A stretch of DNA of 64,000 bases from an uncultured Rhodobacteraceae bacterium (GCA_947489705.1 CANLEQ010000007.1:93937-157936), one strand, 5' to 3'; numbered from the stretch's first letter, positions 48,623-59,496 are shown. A program made the numbers and translations. Notes: a model not told the origin generated them from the letters alone.

Positions 48623-50820
48623 CCGATTTCACGATGCAGACGGATGCCGACGGCGTCGCAATCATCACCTGGGACGCAAAGTCCAAGTCGATGAACACGC
48701 TGACGCGGGAGGCATTCGAACTTGTCGAGGGGTTGATCGACGAGGCGCTGGCCGATGCGGCCGTGAAGGGCATCGTGATCACCAGCGGCAAGAAGGATTT
48801 CGCGGGCGGCATGGACCTGAACGTGCTGGCCACGATCCGCGAGCAATCGGGCGACGCGCCGGCGCAGGCGCTCTTCGACTTCACGATGGAAGGGCACCGC
48901 ATCCTCAGGAAACTCGAGCGCGCGGGGCTCGATCCCAAGACCAACAAGGGCGGCAAGCCGGTCGCCTGCGCGATTCCCGGCACCTGCGCGGGCATCGGGA
49001 CCGAGATCGCGCTGGCCTGTCACCGGCGCTTCATGACCGACGATCCGAAGGCGAAGATCGGCCTGCCCGAGATCATGGTGGGCCTTTTCCCCGGCGCGGG
49101 CGGCACGACGCGGTTCAGCCGGATGGTGGGCGTGATGGCGGCGGCCCCTGTCCTGCTCGAGGGCAAGATGATGGCACCGAAGGCCGCTAGGGGCGCGGGC
49201 CTGATCGACGAGGTGACGTCCGATCCGCTGGCCGATGCGAAAGCCTGGGTGCTCCAGGCCGGAGATGCCGACATCGTCAAGCCGTGGGACCAGAAGGGCT
49301 GGAAGATGCCGGGCGGCGCGCCCTATCACCCGGCGGGCTTCATGACCTTCGTCGGCGCCTCGGCGATGGTCAACGGCAAGACGCAGGGCGTCTATCCCGC
49401 CGCCAAGGCGCTGCTGAGCGCCGTCTACGAAGGCGCGCTGGTGCCGTTCGACACGGCGCTGAGGATCGAGGCACGGTGGTTCGTGAGCGTGCTGATGGAT
49501 CCGTCCTCCTCGGCGATGATCCGGTCGCTCTTTCTCAACAAGCAGGCGCTCGAAAAGGGCGCGAACCGCCCGGAGGTCGATGATCAGAAGGTCCGCAAGC
49601 TCGGGATCATCGGTGCCGGCATGATGGGCGCGGGCATCGCCTATGTGAGCGCCAATGCCGGGATCGAGGTCGTCCTCATCGACCAGGAGCAGGCCAATGC
49701 CGATCGCGGCAAGGCCCATTCCGAAGGCCTTCTCGACAAGGGGATCAGCCGGCGCAAGGTGACCGAGGAAAAGAAGGCCGAGGTACTGGCCCGGATCAAC
49801 GCCACGACGGAATACGAGGCGCTGTCGGATTGCGACCTGATCGTCGAGGCGGTGTTCGAGGATCCCGGCATCAAGGCGGAGGTCACCCGCGCGGTCGAAG
49901 CGGTCGTAGGGCCCGACTGCGTCTTTGCCACCAACACCTCGACCCTGCCGATCGGCGATCTCGCCCAGGCGAGCGCCCGGCCCGAGCGGTTCATTGGCAT
50001 CCATTTCTTCAGCCCGGTCGACAAGATGATGCTGGTCGAGATCATCAAGGGTCGCGAGACGGGCGACGTCGCGGTCGCCAAGGCGCTCGATTTCGTGCGC
50101 CAGATCCGCAAGACGCCGATCGTGGTGAACGATGCGCGGTTCTTCTACGCCAATCGCTGCATCATCCCCTATATCAACGAGGGCGTGCGCATGGTCGGCG
50201 AAGGGGTCAACCCGGCGCTGATCGAGAACGCGGCCAAAATGCTGGGCTTTCCGCTCGGGCCGCTGCAGCTGATCGACGAGACCTCCATCGACCTCGGGGT
50301 GAAGATCGCCAAGGCGACGAAGGCCGCGATGGGCGCGGCCTATCCCGACGGTGCGGTCGACGACGTGCTCTTCCGGATGGCCGATCGGGGGCGGATGGGC
50401 CGCAAGGCGAAGGCGGGGTTCTACGCCTATTCCGACGACGGCAAGCGCGAGGGCCTCTGGGAGGGTCTTGCGATCGACTATCCCGTCGCGGGAGATCAGC
50501 CCGAGCTTGCGCGGGTGCAGCAGCGGCTGATGATGGCGGGCGTGCTCGAGGCCGTACGCGCCTTCGAGGAGGGCGTGCTTCAGGATATCCGCGAGGGCGA
50601 TGTGGGTGCGGTTCTGGGATGGGGCTTCGCGCCGTGGTCCGGCGGGCCGTTCGGCTGGCTCGACATCATCGGCGCGGCGAAGGCGGTCGAGATCTGCGAG
50701 ACCCTCGCGGCGTCGGAAGGCGAACGCTTCGCCTGTCCCGACCTGCTGCGCGATCTGGCCGCGTCCGGCGAGCGGTTCTACCAGCGCTATGGCGACGGGG
50801 CGGCGCTGCAAGCGGCGTGA
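48619..50820 (+). CDS. fadJ: Multifunctional enoyl-CoA hydratase/3-hydroxyacyl-CoA dehydrogenase
   Basis: FAGGMDL, GLPE...GLFPGAGG, GAGMMG, EAVFE, TNTSTLPI, HFFSP. Confidence 0.92.
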   Translation: MTDFTMQTDADGVAIITWDAKSKSMNTLTREAFELVEGLIDEALADAAVKGIVITSGKKDFAGGMDLNVLATIREQSGDAPAQALFDFTMEGHRILRKLERAGLDPKTNKGGKPVACAIPGTCAGIGTEIALACHRRFMTDDPKAKIGLPEIMVGLFPGAGGTTRFSRMVGVMAAAPVLLEGKMMAPKAARGAGLIDEVTSDPLADAKAWVLQAGDADIVKPWDQKGWKMPGGAPYHPAGFMTFVGASAMVNGKTQGVYPAAKALLSAVYEGALVPFDTALRIEARWFVSVLMDPSSSAMIRSLFLNKQALEKGANRPEVDDQKVRKLGIIGAGMMGAGIAYVSANAGIEVVLIDQEQANADRGKAHSEGLLDKGISRRKVTEEKKAEVLARINATTEYEALSDCDLIVEAVFEDPGIKAEVTRAVEAVVGPDCVFATNTSTLPIGDLAQASARPERFIGIHFFSPVDKMMLVEIIKGRETGDVAVAKALDFVRQIRKTPIVVNDARFFYANRCIIPYINEGVRMVGEGVNPALIENAAKMLGFPLGPLQLIDETSIDLGVKIAKATKAAMGAAYPDGAVDDVLFRMADRGRMGRKAKAGFYAYSDDGKREGLWEGLAIDYPVAGDQPELARVQQRLMMAGVLEAVRAFEEGVLQDIREGDVGAVLGWGFAPWSGGPFGWLDIIGAAKAVEICETLAASEGERFACPDLLRDLAASGERFYQRYGDGAALQAA

Positions 50821-50971
50821 GCGCTGGTCGGCCCGGCCCGCACGGAACGGGCTTTGCATTCGCGGCACTTGACGCGATACTCCGCCCGCGAACGGATTTC
50901 GGACGGAACGGGCGGAATGGTGCTTTCAGACGCGGATCGCAGGTCGGCCGGCCGCGGATGGACTTGCTGAC

Positions 50972-51982
50972 ATGGTCGCGCTGACCGGATACGACAGGCT
51001 CGAAGCGTCCGGCCTCTGGCGCGAGAATGAGGCGCTGCCGCGGCGGGACGTCATCGTGTCGCTGGGCGATGCGACGCTGTCGATCACGGACATGACCGAA
51101 CGGCCGCTGGCGCATTGGTCCCTGCCCGCGACCGAGCGGCGCAATCCGGGCGAGATGCCCGCGATCTTCGCTCCCGGGGCGGACGCCGCCGAGACGCTGG
51201 AGCTCGACGATACCGACATGATCGACGCCATCGAGACGGTGCACCGCGCGATCGCGCGCCACCGTCCCCGGCACGGATGGGTGCGCAGCGCGGTTCTGGG
51301 CGTGGTTCTCGTGGCGCTTCTGGCGGGCGGCATCGTGTGGCTGCCCGGCGCGCTCGTCCGCCATGCCGCCTCGGTCGCACCGCCCGCGGTGCGCGCGGAT
51401 ACCGGGTTGCGCCTCCTGCGCCAGATCACCCGCATCACCGGCGAGAGATGCGAGGCGCGGGTCGCCCGCGCCCCGCTCGCAGAGCTTTCGCAGCGGGTGC
51501 TCGGCCCCGGTGCGGGGCAACTCGTCGTGCTGCCTTCGGGACCCGCGACGGCGGATCACCTGCCAGGCAATCTCGTCGTCCTCAACCGTGCGCTCTTCGA
51601 GGATCACGAAACGGCGGGGCCGGTGGCGGGGTATATCCTGGCCGAGATCGCGCGCGCCGAGGCCGTCGATCCGATCGCGCGGCTGCTCGACCATGCGGGG
51701 CCATGGGCGGCGGTGCAGCTTCTGACACGCGGCGAGATACCGGACGCCACGCTCGCCGATTACGCCGAGACGTTGCTGCGCGAGCCGCAGGATCCGCTGC
51801 CCGTCGATCCGTTCCTCGAGAGGATGGCGGAGGCCGGGATCCCGGTCGCGCCCTACGCAGATGCCGAGCAGGTCAGGGGCGCGGAATTGCCGATCGACGC
51901 GGATCCGGCCCCGGACGGCGCGGCGCGCCCGGTCCTGCCCGAGGCGCAATGGCGCCTGTTGCAGCAGATCTGCGCGGGCTGA
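50972..51982 (+). CDS. Conserved hypothetical membrane protein, M48 peptidase-like with degenerate zinc motif
   Basis: N-terminal soluble domain, one TM, LPG..VVL...L segment and GYILAEIAR in place of HExxH. Confidence 0.7.
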   Translation: MVALTGYDRLEASGLWRENEALPRRDVIVSLGDATLSITDMTERPLAHWSLPATERRNPGEMPAIFAPGADAAETLELDDTDMIDAIETVHRAIARHRPRHGWVRSAVLGVVLVALLAGGIVWLPGALVRHAASVAPPAVRADTGLRLLRQITRITGERCEARVARAPLAELSQRVLGPGAGQLVVLPSGPATADHLPGNLVVLNRALFEDHETAGPVAGYILAEIARAEAVDPIARLLDHAGPWAAVQLLTRGEIPDATLADYAETLLREPQDPLPVDPFLERMAEAGIPVAPYADAEQVRGAELPIDADPAPDGAARPVLPEAQWRLLQQICAG

Positions 51983-51988
51983 GCGCGG

Positions 51989-52621
51989 TCACTTCGTGCC
52001 GAACATCCGGTCGCCCGCATCGCCGAGGCCGGGCACGATATAGCCCTTCTCGTTCAGCTTCTCGTCGAGGGCCGCGGTCACGATGGGCACGTCGGGATGC
52101 GCCGCCTTCATCCGCGCGACGCCTTCGGGGGCCGCGAGCAGGCAGAGAAACCGGATGTCGCGGGCGCCCGCTTCCTTGAGGCGCGCGATCGCCGCCGCCG
52201 AACTGTTGCCGGTGGCGAGCATGGGATCGACCGCGATCACCACCCGTTCGTCGAGCTGTTCGGGCACCTTGAAATAGTACTCCACCGGCTCCAGCGTCTG
52301 CTCGTCGCGATAGAGGCCCATGAACCCGACGCGCGCCGAGGGGATCAGCTCCAGCATGCCGTCGAGGAGCCCGTTGCCCGCCCGCAGGATCGAGATCAGC
52401 GCGAGCTTGCGCCCGTCGAGGGTCGGCGCGTCCATCGGCTGGATCGGGGTGTCGATGCGCGTGGTCGTCATCGGCAGGTCCCGCGTGATCTCGTAGGCCA
52501 GAAGCTGGCTGATCTCGCGCAGGAGCTGCCGGAACACGGCGGTCGAGGTCGTGCGGTCGCGCATCAGGGTCAGCTTGTGCTGGATCAGCGGGTGTTCGAC
52601 GACGGTCAGATGCTGGGGCAT
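51989..52621 (-). CDS. upp: Uracil phosphoribosyltransferase
   Basis: [35 protein letters not shown]. Confidence 0.97.
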   Translation of the reverse strand: MPQHLTVVEHPLIQHKLTLMRDRTTSTAVFRQLLREISQLLAYEITRDLPMTTTRIDTPIQPMDAPTLDGRKLALISILRAGNGLLDGMLELIPSARVGFMGLYRDEQTLEPVEYYFKVPEQLDERVVIAVDPMLATGNSSAAAIARLKEAGARDIRFLCLLAAPEGVARMKAAHPDVPIVTAALDEKLNEKGYIVPGLGDAGDRMFGTK

Positions 52622-52662
52622 GGGGGTCCTCTGGGCGATGGCGGGAAGGAAGAGTAGCGGCG

Positions 52663-53634
52663 TCAGCCACCGATCCACTTGAGAAGTGCGGCGCGGGTGT
52701 CTTCGTCGCAAAAGGCGGCGCGGGCGGCGTTGCGGGCGATCTCGGCAAGGATCTCGTCCTCCCAGCCGAACGTGTCGGACAGTCGCGCGTATTCGCGGCT
52801 CATGTCGGTGCGAAAGAACGGCGGATCGTCGGTCGAGACGGTTACGGCGATACCCGCCGCACGCAGCCTTTCGACCGGATGCGCCGACCAGTCGGAATAG
52901 ACGCCGAGCGCCACGTTCGATCCGGGGCACACTTCCAGCGTGACGCCGTCGCGGGCGAGCCGCTTCACCAACGCGGGATCCTCGATCGCGCGTATGCCGT
53001 GACCGACCCGGTCGACGCGCAGGTGATCGAGCGCATCGCGCACCGATTCCGGGCCGCGCCATTCGCCGGCATGCGCGGTAAGGCCGAGCCCGGCCTCGCG
53101 CGCCATGTCGAAGCCGTAGGCGAAGTCGCGCAGCTCGCCCGCATGCTCGTTTCCGCCGATGCCGAAGCCCGTCACGAAATCGCCGGCCGCCTCGGCGGCG
53201 CAGCGCGCCGTCTGCCGAGCGGCGTCGGGCCCGAAATGGCGGATCGCGGTGACGATGCAGCGCATGTCGATCTCGGGAACCGCGTCCGAGGCCGCGCGGA
53301 TGGCCTCGAGATGCTCGCGCCACGCACCGAGATCGCGGCCGCCGCAGAAATCGGGCGACACGAAGATCTCGGTATAGACGACGCCCTGTTCGGCCGATCG
53401 CTCCAGCACGGCGCGGGTCAGGCGGGCGTAATCCTCGGGTCTGCGCAGCACGGTGCAGGCGGCCTCGTAGACGCGCAGGAAGTCGGCGAAATCGCGATAG
53501 GCATAACCGCCATCATCGCCGAAGATCGACGAGAGGTCCGATCCCTTCTCGGACGCGAGCCCGCGGATGAAGGCGGGCGGCGCCGCGCCTTCGAGATGGA
53601 GGTGCAGTTCGATCTTCGGCAGGCCGTCACTCAC
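52663..53634 (-). CDS. add: Adenosine/adenine deaminase
   Basis: [32 protein letters not shown]. Confidence 0.93.
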   Translation of the reverse strand: MSDGLPKIELHLHLEGAAPPAFIRGLASEKGSDLSSIFGDDGGYAYRDFADFLRVYEAACTVLRRPEDYARLTRAVLERSAEQGVVYTEIFVSPDFCGGRDLGAWREHLEAIRAASDAVPEIDMRCIVTAIRHFGPDAARQTARCAAEAAGDFVTGFGIGGNEHAGELRDFAYGFDMAREAGLGLTAHAGEWRGPESVRDALDHLRVDRVGHGIRAIEDPALVKRLARDGVTLEVCPGSNVALGVYSDWSAHPVERLRAAGIAVTVSTDDPPFFRTDMSREYARLSDTFGWEDEILAEIARNAARAAFCDEDTRAALLKWIGG

Positions 53635-54812
53635 AGGAAGCTCCTCCCGGGGCCCGTCTCGGACAGCCCAAGATGCGTGGCGATGCTGGTCGCCACATCG
53701 ACAAAGGCGCATGGCCCGATCCGGCCCGCCCCGCGGCCCGCCACGAGAACGGGAACGCGTTCGCGGGTGTGATCCGTCCCGCGCCAGGTCGGGTCGTTGC
53801 CGTGATCGGCGGTGAGAACGAGGATATCCTCCGGGCCCAGCCGCGAGACGAGATCGGGCAGGCCCGCATCGAACCATTCGAGATGCCTTGCGTACCCGTC
53901 CGCATCGCGGCGATGGCCGTAGAGGCTGTCGAATTCGACGAAATTGGCGAAGGTCAGCGATCCGGGGGCGGCGTCGTCCATCCGGGCGCGCAGGTGATCG
54001 AGAAGCTCCGCATCGCTGCCCTTTGTGCGCGTGTCGATCCCCCGCATAGAGAAGATGTCGGCGATCTTGCCCACCGAATGCACCTCGCGGCCCGCATCCT
54101 GCGCCCAGTCGCACAAGGTGGGCGCGGGCGGCGCGATGGCGTAGTCGCGTCGGTTGGGCGTCCGGGTGAAACCCGCACTTGCATCGCCGATGAAGGGCCG
54201 CGCGATGACGCGGCCGACCTTCTGGGCGTGCAGATGCGGCGCGAGCCCCTCGCAGAGCGCGAGCAGGCGGTCGAGGCCGAAGATTTCCTCGTGCGCGGCG
54301 ATCTGGAAGACGCTGTCTGTCGAGGTATAGCAGATGGGCCATCCGGTGCGGAGATGCCGGGCCCCCTCCTCCTCGATGATGTTGGTGCCCGAGGCGTGGC
54401 GATTGCCGAGGATGCCGTCGGTGCCGGCGAGCGCGCAGACCCGTGCGACGAGATCGTCGGGAAAGGCCGGATCGCCGGGGGGAAAGAAGGTCCAGTCCCA
54501 CGGCACGGGCAGCCCGGCAAGCTCCCAATGGCCCGAAGGGGTGTCCTTGCCGGGCGAAACCTCGGTCGCGGCGCCCCACAGGCCCCGGGGGCTTGCGCCG
54601 AGGCCCGGCGCGGCGCGGCCCGATGCCAGCGCGAGCGCGGCCCCGAGGCCCAGCGCGTCGAGATTGGGCAGGTGCAGCGGACGCTCCGTTCCCAAGAGGG
54701 CCTCGGCGATATGGCCGACGGTATTGGCGCCCTCGTCGCCGAAATCGGCGGCGTCGGGCGCCCCGCCGATCCCCACGGAATCGAGGACCACGAGAAAGGC
54801 GCGCGCGTTCAT
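53631..54812 (-). CDS. deoB: Phosphopentomutase
   Basis: VLDSVGIG, GKDTPSGHWE, YTSTDSVFQIAAHE, YGHRRD, TADHGNDP. Confidence 0.96.
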   Translation of the reverse strand: MNARAFLVVLDSVGIGGAPDAADFGDEGANTVGHIAEALLGTERPLHLPNLDALGLGAALALASGRAAPGLGASPRGLWGAATEVSPGKDTPSGHWELAGLPVPWDWTFFPPGDPAFPDDLVARVCALAGTDGILGNRHASGTNIIEEEGARHLRTGWPICYTSTDSVFQIAAHEEIFGLDRLLALCEGLAPHLHAQKVGRVIARPFIGDASAGFTRTPNRRDYAIAPPAPTLCDWAQDAGREVHSVGKIADIFSMRGIDTRTKGSDAELLDHLRARMDDAAPGSLTFANFVEFDSLYGHRRDADGYARHLEWFDAGLPDLVSRLGPEDILVLTADHGNDPTWRGTDHTRERVPVLVAGRGAGRIGPCAFVDVATSIATHLGLSETGPGRSFL

Positions 54813-56119
54813 GTCATCCGCTCCAGAATGAGGGGGGGATCGGCGACGGTCGCCTGAGAGAAGGTCACCGCCGCGAGAATCGCCGCCTCGGCCGCATCCG
54901 CCGCGGCCGCGTCGGCGGCATGCAGGCGGCAGAGCGGGTCGCCCCTCTCGAGCGATGTGCCCAGAGCGGCGATGTGGCTGATGCCCACCGACGGATCGAT
55001 CGCGGCATCCTCGCGCATGCGTCCGCCGCCGAGGTCCACGACCGCCTGGCCGAGCGCCCGGCCGTCCATCGCTGCAAGCGTTCCTGTCGCGGGTGCGGCG
55101 ACGTCGCGGATGACCGGCGCCTGCGGCAGGTTTGCTGCCGGGTCCACGCCGGGATCGACCGCCCCACCCTGCCCCGCGATCATGGCCAGGAACCGCTCCA
55201 TCGCCGTGCCGTCGGCGATCGCGCGGTCGACGAGGGCGGCGCCCGCTTCGGCATCCGGCGTCCTGCCGACCATGTGGAGAACCTCGCCGCCGAGGGCCGC
55301 GGCGACGCCTTGCAGCCGCGTGTTCCCGGCGGTGCCGTCCAGCACGTTCAGCACCACGCGGATCTCGACCGCGTTGCCGATCGCGTCGGCCAGCGGCTGA
55401 TCCATGCCGGTGACGAGCGCGCGGGTCGGCAGTCCGGCACCGGACCCGGTCTCGACCAGGATGCGGGCCAGTGCCGCGGCGTCCCCGGGCGTGCGCATGA
55501 AGGCGCCCGTTCCGCATTTCACGTCGAGCACCAGCGCGCCGAGCCCCGCGGCGAGCTTCTTCGACAGGATCGAGGCGGTGATGAGGTCGATCTGGTCCAC
55601 GGTCGAGGTGACGTCGCGCACGGCGTAGAGGCGCTTGTCGGCCGGCGCGATCCTGTCGCTGGCCGCGAAGATGGCGCAGCCGGTATCGCGGACGAGGGCG
55701 CGGACGGCGTCTTCCGACAGATCCACGCGCAGGCCCGGGATCGCCTCGAGCTTGTCGAGCGTGCCGCCGGTATGGCCGAGGCCGCGCCCCGAGATCATCG
55801 GCACATGGCAACCGAGCGCGGCAAGCGCCGGCGCAAGGATCAGCGAGACGGGATCGCCGACGCCGCCCGTCGAATGCTTGTCGACCACCGGCCCAGGTAC
55901 GTCCCAGCAAAGCCGCGATCCGCTCTCGGCCATGGCCCTCGTCAGCGCGACGCGGCCGAGTTCGCCGAGACCCGGCCCGGTGCAGACGGCCATCGCGAAA
56001 GCCCCGGCCTGCGCGTCGCTGACGGCGCCCGACGCGAGCCCGCGGGCGAAGGCATCCAGTGCCTCGGGTTCCGGCATGGTGCCCCGGCGCAGCTCGGCAA
56101 GCATGGCCCGGATGCTCAC
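54809..56119 (-). CDS. deoA: Thymidine phosphorylase
   Basis: DKHSTGGVGD, SGRGLGHTGGTLDKLE, SILSKK. Confidence 0.95.
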   Translation of the reverse strand: MSIRAMLAELRRGTMPEPEALDAFARGLASGAVSDAQAGAFAMAVCTGPGLGELGRVALTRAMAESGSRLCWDVPGPVVDKHSTGGVGDPVSLILAPALAALGCHVPMISGRGLGHTGGTLDKLEAIPGLRVDLSEDAVRALVRDTGCAIFAASDRIAPADKRLYAVRDVTSTVDQIDLITASILSKKLAAGLGALVLDVKCGTGAFMRTPGDAAALARILVETGSGAGLPTRALVTGMDQPLADAIGNAVEIRVVLNVLDGTAGNTRLQGVAAALGGEVLHMVGRTPDAEAGAALVDRAIADGTAMERFLAMIAGQGGAVDPGVDPAANLPQAPVIRDVAAPATGTLAAMDGRALGQAVVDLGGGRMREDAAIDPSVGISHIAALGTSLERGDPLCRLHAADAAAADAAEAAILAAVTFSQATVADPPLILERMT

Positions 56120-56514
56120 TTGGTCCCCATATGCGCGGCTCCGAATGCCCCGGGCAGAAGCTCGGCCACGCTGGTGCGCAGGGTCGCGCCCGATGTGGTC
56201 GCAAGGGTGACGGGCACATCCCCGTCCGCGAATTCGGCGAGCTTCTGGCGGCAGCCGCCGCAGGGCGGCACGGGGTCCTCGCTGCCCGCGATGACCGCGA
56301 TCGCGGCGATGCGCCTGTCGCCCGCGGCGATCATGGCGGCGATCGCCCCGGCCTCGGCACAGGTGCCTTCTGGGAAGGCCACGTTCTCGACGTTGCAGCC
56401 CGCGTGGATGTTGCCCTCGACGCTGGTAAGGGCGGCCCCGACCTTGAAGCCTGAATAGGGCGCGTGGGCATTCTCGCGAACCTTGCGCGCGGCGTCGATA
56501 AGGGGATCATTCAT
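56116..56514 (-). CDS. cdd: Cytidine deaminase
   Basis: APYSGFKVGAA, GCNVEN, CAE, PCGGCRQ. Confidence 0.96.
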   Translation of the reverse strand: MNDPLIDAARKVRENAHAPYSGFKVGAALTSVEGNIHAGCNVENVAFPEGTCAEAGAIAAMIAAGDRRIAAIAVIAGSEDPVPPCGGCRQKLAEFADGDVPVTLATTSGATLRTSVAELLPGAFGAAHMGTK

Positions 56515-56552
56515 GCGCGCCAATCTGTCGCCGGGCCCGCGATTTGGCAAGG

Positions 56553-56577
56553 GGAACCGCCACGACGTCGCGGCATT
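56553..56577 (+). promoter_or_regulatory. Putative EcfG promoter
   Basis: GGAAC-N16-CATT, 26 bp before ATG 56604. Confidence 0.55.
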
Positions 56578-56603
56578 GACCCCCGGAAGAAGGAGGGTCC
56601 GAC

Positions 56604-56831
56604 ATGGCCGATGAGCACGAGAAAGACACCAAGCACGACCCGATGGATGTCGCGTCCTTTCCTGTCGCGGGCGCGGTCGAGACGGGCGAGAACCCGAAGG
56701 GCAACGAGCCGATGACGGAACGACAGGCTGCCGAGCTCCGGCAGCTTTGCGAAACGCACGACGAGCCGATGGATGCCGAGCTCACGCAGGATCAGGCGGA
56801 GGCACGGATAGAGGCCCTCAAGAAGATGTGA
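56604..56831 (+). CDS. Small acidic protein, DUF3072-like
   Basis: AAGGAGG RBS; EPMTERQAAELRQLCE...EP.D.ELT...A..RIEAL. Confidence 0.8.
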   Translation: MADEHEKDTKHDPMDVASFPVAGAVETGENPKGNEPMTERQAAELRQLCETHDEPMDAELTQDQAEARIEALKKM

Positions 56832-56842
56832 GGCCCCAGCCG

Positions 56843-56868
56843 GGAACGCATTCCAATGCCCCGCACTT
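56843..56868 (+). promoter_or_regulatory. Putative EcfG promoter
   Basis: GGAAC-N17-ACTT upstream of 56903. Confidence 0.45.
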
Positions 56869-56902
56869 TGGAACATTATGAGAACAACGGACGGAGACAG
56901 CC

Positions 56903-57124
56903 ATGGCCGACGCGACAGAAACCCCGAAATCCGACGCCCCCGGAAACGCCGAAAAGCCGGTCGACGATTGGGTGACCGGTGATGAAAAGATGACCGGGGC
57001 GCAATCCTCGTACCTCAAGACCCTTTGCGAGGAGGCGGGCGAGCCGTTCGATCCAGACATGAGCAAGGGTGACGCGTCGAAGAAGATCGACGCCTTGCAA
57101 TCCAAGACCGGTCGCGGCTCCTAG
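56903..57124 (+). CDS. DUF3072 family protein
   Basis: GGAG RBS; DDWVTGDEKMTGAQSSYLKTLCEEAGEPF....SK..ASKKID.LQ. Confidence 0.87.
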   Translation: MADATETPKSDAPGNAEKPVDDWVTGDEKMTGAQSSYLKTLCEEAGEPFDPDMSKGDASKKIDALQSKTGRGS

Positions 57125-57210
57125 AGGCTTTCTCGCGAACGATCCCGCTTTCCTCGGAGGACACGACGTTCTATCCCTGACCTTCGAGGAAATGCGGGGG
57201 ACCCGACGAC

Positions 57211-59496
57211 ATGAGCGATACCGAAGATAGAAAGGCGGCGCTGCGTGCCGCGGCGCTCGATTATCATCGTTATCCACGTCCGGGAAAACTCGAGGTTCGT
57301 GCGACCAAGCCGCTCGCCAACGGACGGGATCTGTCCCGCGCCTATTCGCCCGGCGTCGCCGAGGCCTGCCTCGAGATCAAGGCCGATCCCGACGCCGCGC
57401 GCGATTACACGTCGCGCGGCAATCTGGTCGGCGTCGTGTCGAACGGCACGGCCGTCCTGGGACTGGGCAACATTGGCGGACTGGCCTCGAAGCCGGTGAT
57501 GGAGGGCAAGGCGGTCCTCTTCAAGAAATTCGCCAATATCGACTGTTTCGACATCGAGCTCGACGAGAGCGATCCCGTAAAGCTGGCCGAGATCGTCTGT
57601 GCGCTCGAGCCGACATTCGGGGCCATAAACCTCGAAGATATCAAATCCCCCGATTGCTTCATCGTCGAGCAGATCTGCAGGGAGCGGATGAACATTCCCG
57701 TCTTCCACGACGACCAGCACGGCACGGCGATCGTCGTGGGGGCGGCCGCGACGAACGCGCTGCGGGTCGCGGGAAAAGCGTTCGAGGATATCAAGATCGT
57801 CTCGACGGGCGGTGGCGCCGCCGGGATCGCCTGTCTGGACATGCTGGTGAAGCTCGGGGTGCGGCGCGAGAACATCTGGCTTTGCGATATCGCGGGACTG
57901 GTCCACGAGGGGCGCGAGGAAGACATGACGCCGCAGAAGGCCGCTTTCGCGCAGCCGGGCGGTGCGCGGTCCCTCGGCGACGTGATCGACGGGGCGGACC
58001 TGTTCCTGGGGCTTTCGGGGCCGGGTGTGCTCAAGCCCGAGATGGTCGAGCGGATGGCCCCGCGCCCGATCATCTTCGCGCTGGCCAATCCCACGCCCGA
58101 GATCGACCCCGAAGAGGTTCGCCGCGTGGCGCCCGAGGCGATGATCGCCACGGGACGGTCGGATTTCCCGAACCAGGTGAACAACGTCCTGTGCTTTCCC
58201 TTCATCTTCCGGGGCGCGCTCGATGTGGGTGCGACGGTCATCAACGACGAGATGAAGATCGCCTGCGTCGAGGGCATCGCCGAGCTTGCGCGCAAGACGA
58301 CGAGCGCGGAGGCCGCCGCGGCCTATCAGGGCGAGCAACTGACCTTCGGGCCGGATTACCTGATCCCGAAACCGTTCGATCCGCGGCTGATGGGCGTGGT
58401 GGCGAGCGCGGTCGCCCAGGCCGCCGTCGCCTCGGGCGTGGCCGAGCGCCCGATCGAGGACATGGACGCCTACAAGCGCAAGCTCGACGGATCGGTGTTC
58501 CGCTCCGCGCTCATCATGCGGCCGGTCTTCGATGCGGCGGCGACGACCAGCCGCCGCATCGCCTTCGCCGAGGGCGAGGACGAGCGCGTGCTGCGCGCAG
58601 CGCACGCCATGCTCGAGGAGACGACCGACAAGCCGATCCTGATCGGCCGACCCGAAGTGATCGAGCTGCGCGCCGAGCGTGCCGGCCTCCAGATCCGCCC
58701 GGGCGTGGATTTCGATATCGTGAACCCGGAAAGCGATGCGCGTTACCGCGATTACTGGGGGACCTATCACACCATCATGCAGCGGCGCGGCGTGACGCCC
58801 GATCTCGCGAAGGCAATCATGCGGACCAACAGCACCGCCATCGGCGCCGTGATGGTGCATCGCGACGAGGCGGATTCGCTGATCTGCGGCACGTTCGGGC
58901 AATATCTTTGGCACCTCAACTACGTGAGCCAGGTCCTGGGGACAGCGGAGCTCCGCGCCGTGGGGGCGTTGTCGCTGATGGTGCTCGAGGACGGGCCGCT
59001 CTTCATCGCGGATACGCATGTTCACCCCTCACCCACGCCCGAGCAGATCGCCGAGACGGTGATGGCCTCGGCCCGGCATGTCCGCCGCTTCGGGGTCACG
59101 CCCAAGATCGCGCTCTGCTCGCATTCGCAATTCGGCAATTTCGACTGCGATACCGGGATCAGGATGCGCGCGGCGCTCGAGATCCTCGACAGCGCCCCGC
59201 GCGATTTCTGCTACGAGGGCGAGATGCATGCGGATGCCGCGCTCGACGGGGAACTGCGCGCGCGGATCTTTCCCAACAGCCGGATGGAAGGCGCCGCCAA
59301 CACGCTCGTCTTCGCCAATACCGATGCCGCGTCGGGCGTCCGCAACATTCTCAAGATGAAGGCCGGCGGGCTGGAGGTCGGACCGATCCTCATGGGGATG
59401 GGCAACCGGGCGCATATCGTCACCAGCTCGATCACCGCGCGGGGGCTTCTCAACATGTCGGCCATCGCCGGCACGCCCGTGACGCATTACGGATAG
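57211..59496 (+). CDS. maeB: NADP-dependent malic enzyme with PTA-like C-terminal domain
   Basis: AYSPGVA, KPVMEGKAVLFK, FHDDQHGTA, NQVNNVLCFP, FAEGED. Confidence 0.95.
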   Translation: MSDTEDRKAALRAAALDYHRYPRPGKLEVRATKPLANGRDLSRAYSPGVAEACLEIKADPDAARDYTSRGNLVGVVSNGTAVLGLGNIGGLASKPVMEGKAVLFKKFANIDCFDIELDESDPVKLAEIVCALEPTFGAINLEDIKSPDCFIVEQICRERMNIPVFHDDQHGTAIVVGAAATNALRVAGKAFEDIKIVSTGGGAAGIACLDMLVKLGVRRENIWLCDIAGLVHEGREEDMTPQKAAFAQPGGARSLGDVIDGADLFLGLSGPGVLKPEMVERMAPRPIIFALANPTPEIDPEEVRRVAPEAMIATGRSDFPNQVNNVLCFPFIFRGALDVGATVINDEMKIACVEGIAELARKTTSAEAAAAYQGEQLTFGPDYLIPKPFDPRLMGVVASAVAQAAVASGVAERPIEDMDAYKRKLDGSVFRSALIMRPVFDAAATTSRRIAFAEGEDERVLRAAHAMLEETTDKPILIGRPEVIELRAERAGLQIRPGVDFDIVNPESDARYRDYWGTYHTIMQRRGVTPDLAKAIMRTNSTAIGAVMVHRDEADSLICGTFGQYLWHLNYVSQVLGTAELRAVGALSLMVLEDGPLFIADTHVHPSPTPEQIAETVMASARHVRRFGVTPKIALCSHSQFGNFDCDTGIRMRAALEILDSAPRDFCYEGEMHADAALDGELRARIFPNSRMEGAANTLVFANTDAASGVRNILKMKAGGLEVGPILMGMGNRAHIVTSSITARGLLNMSAIAGTPVTHYG

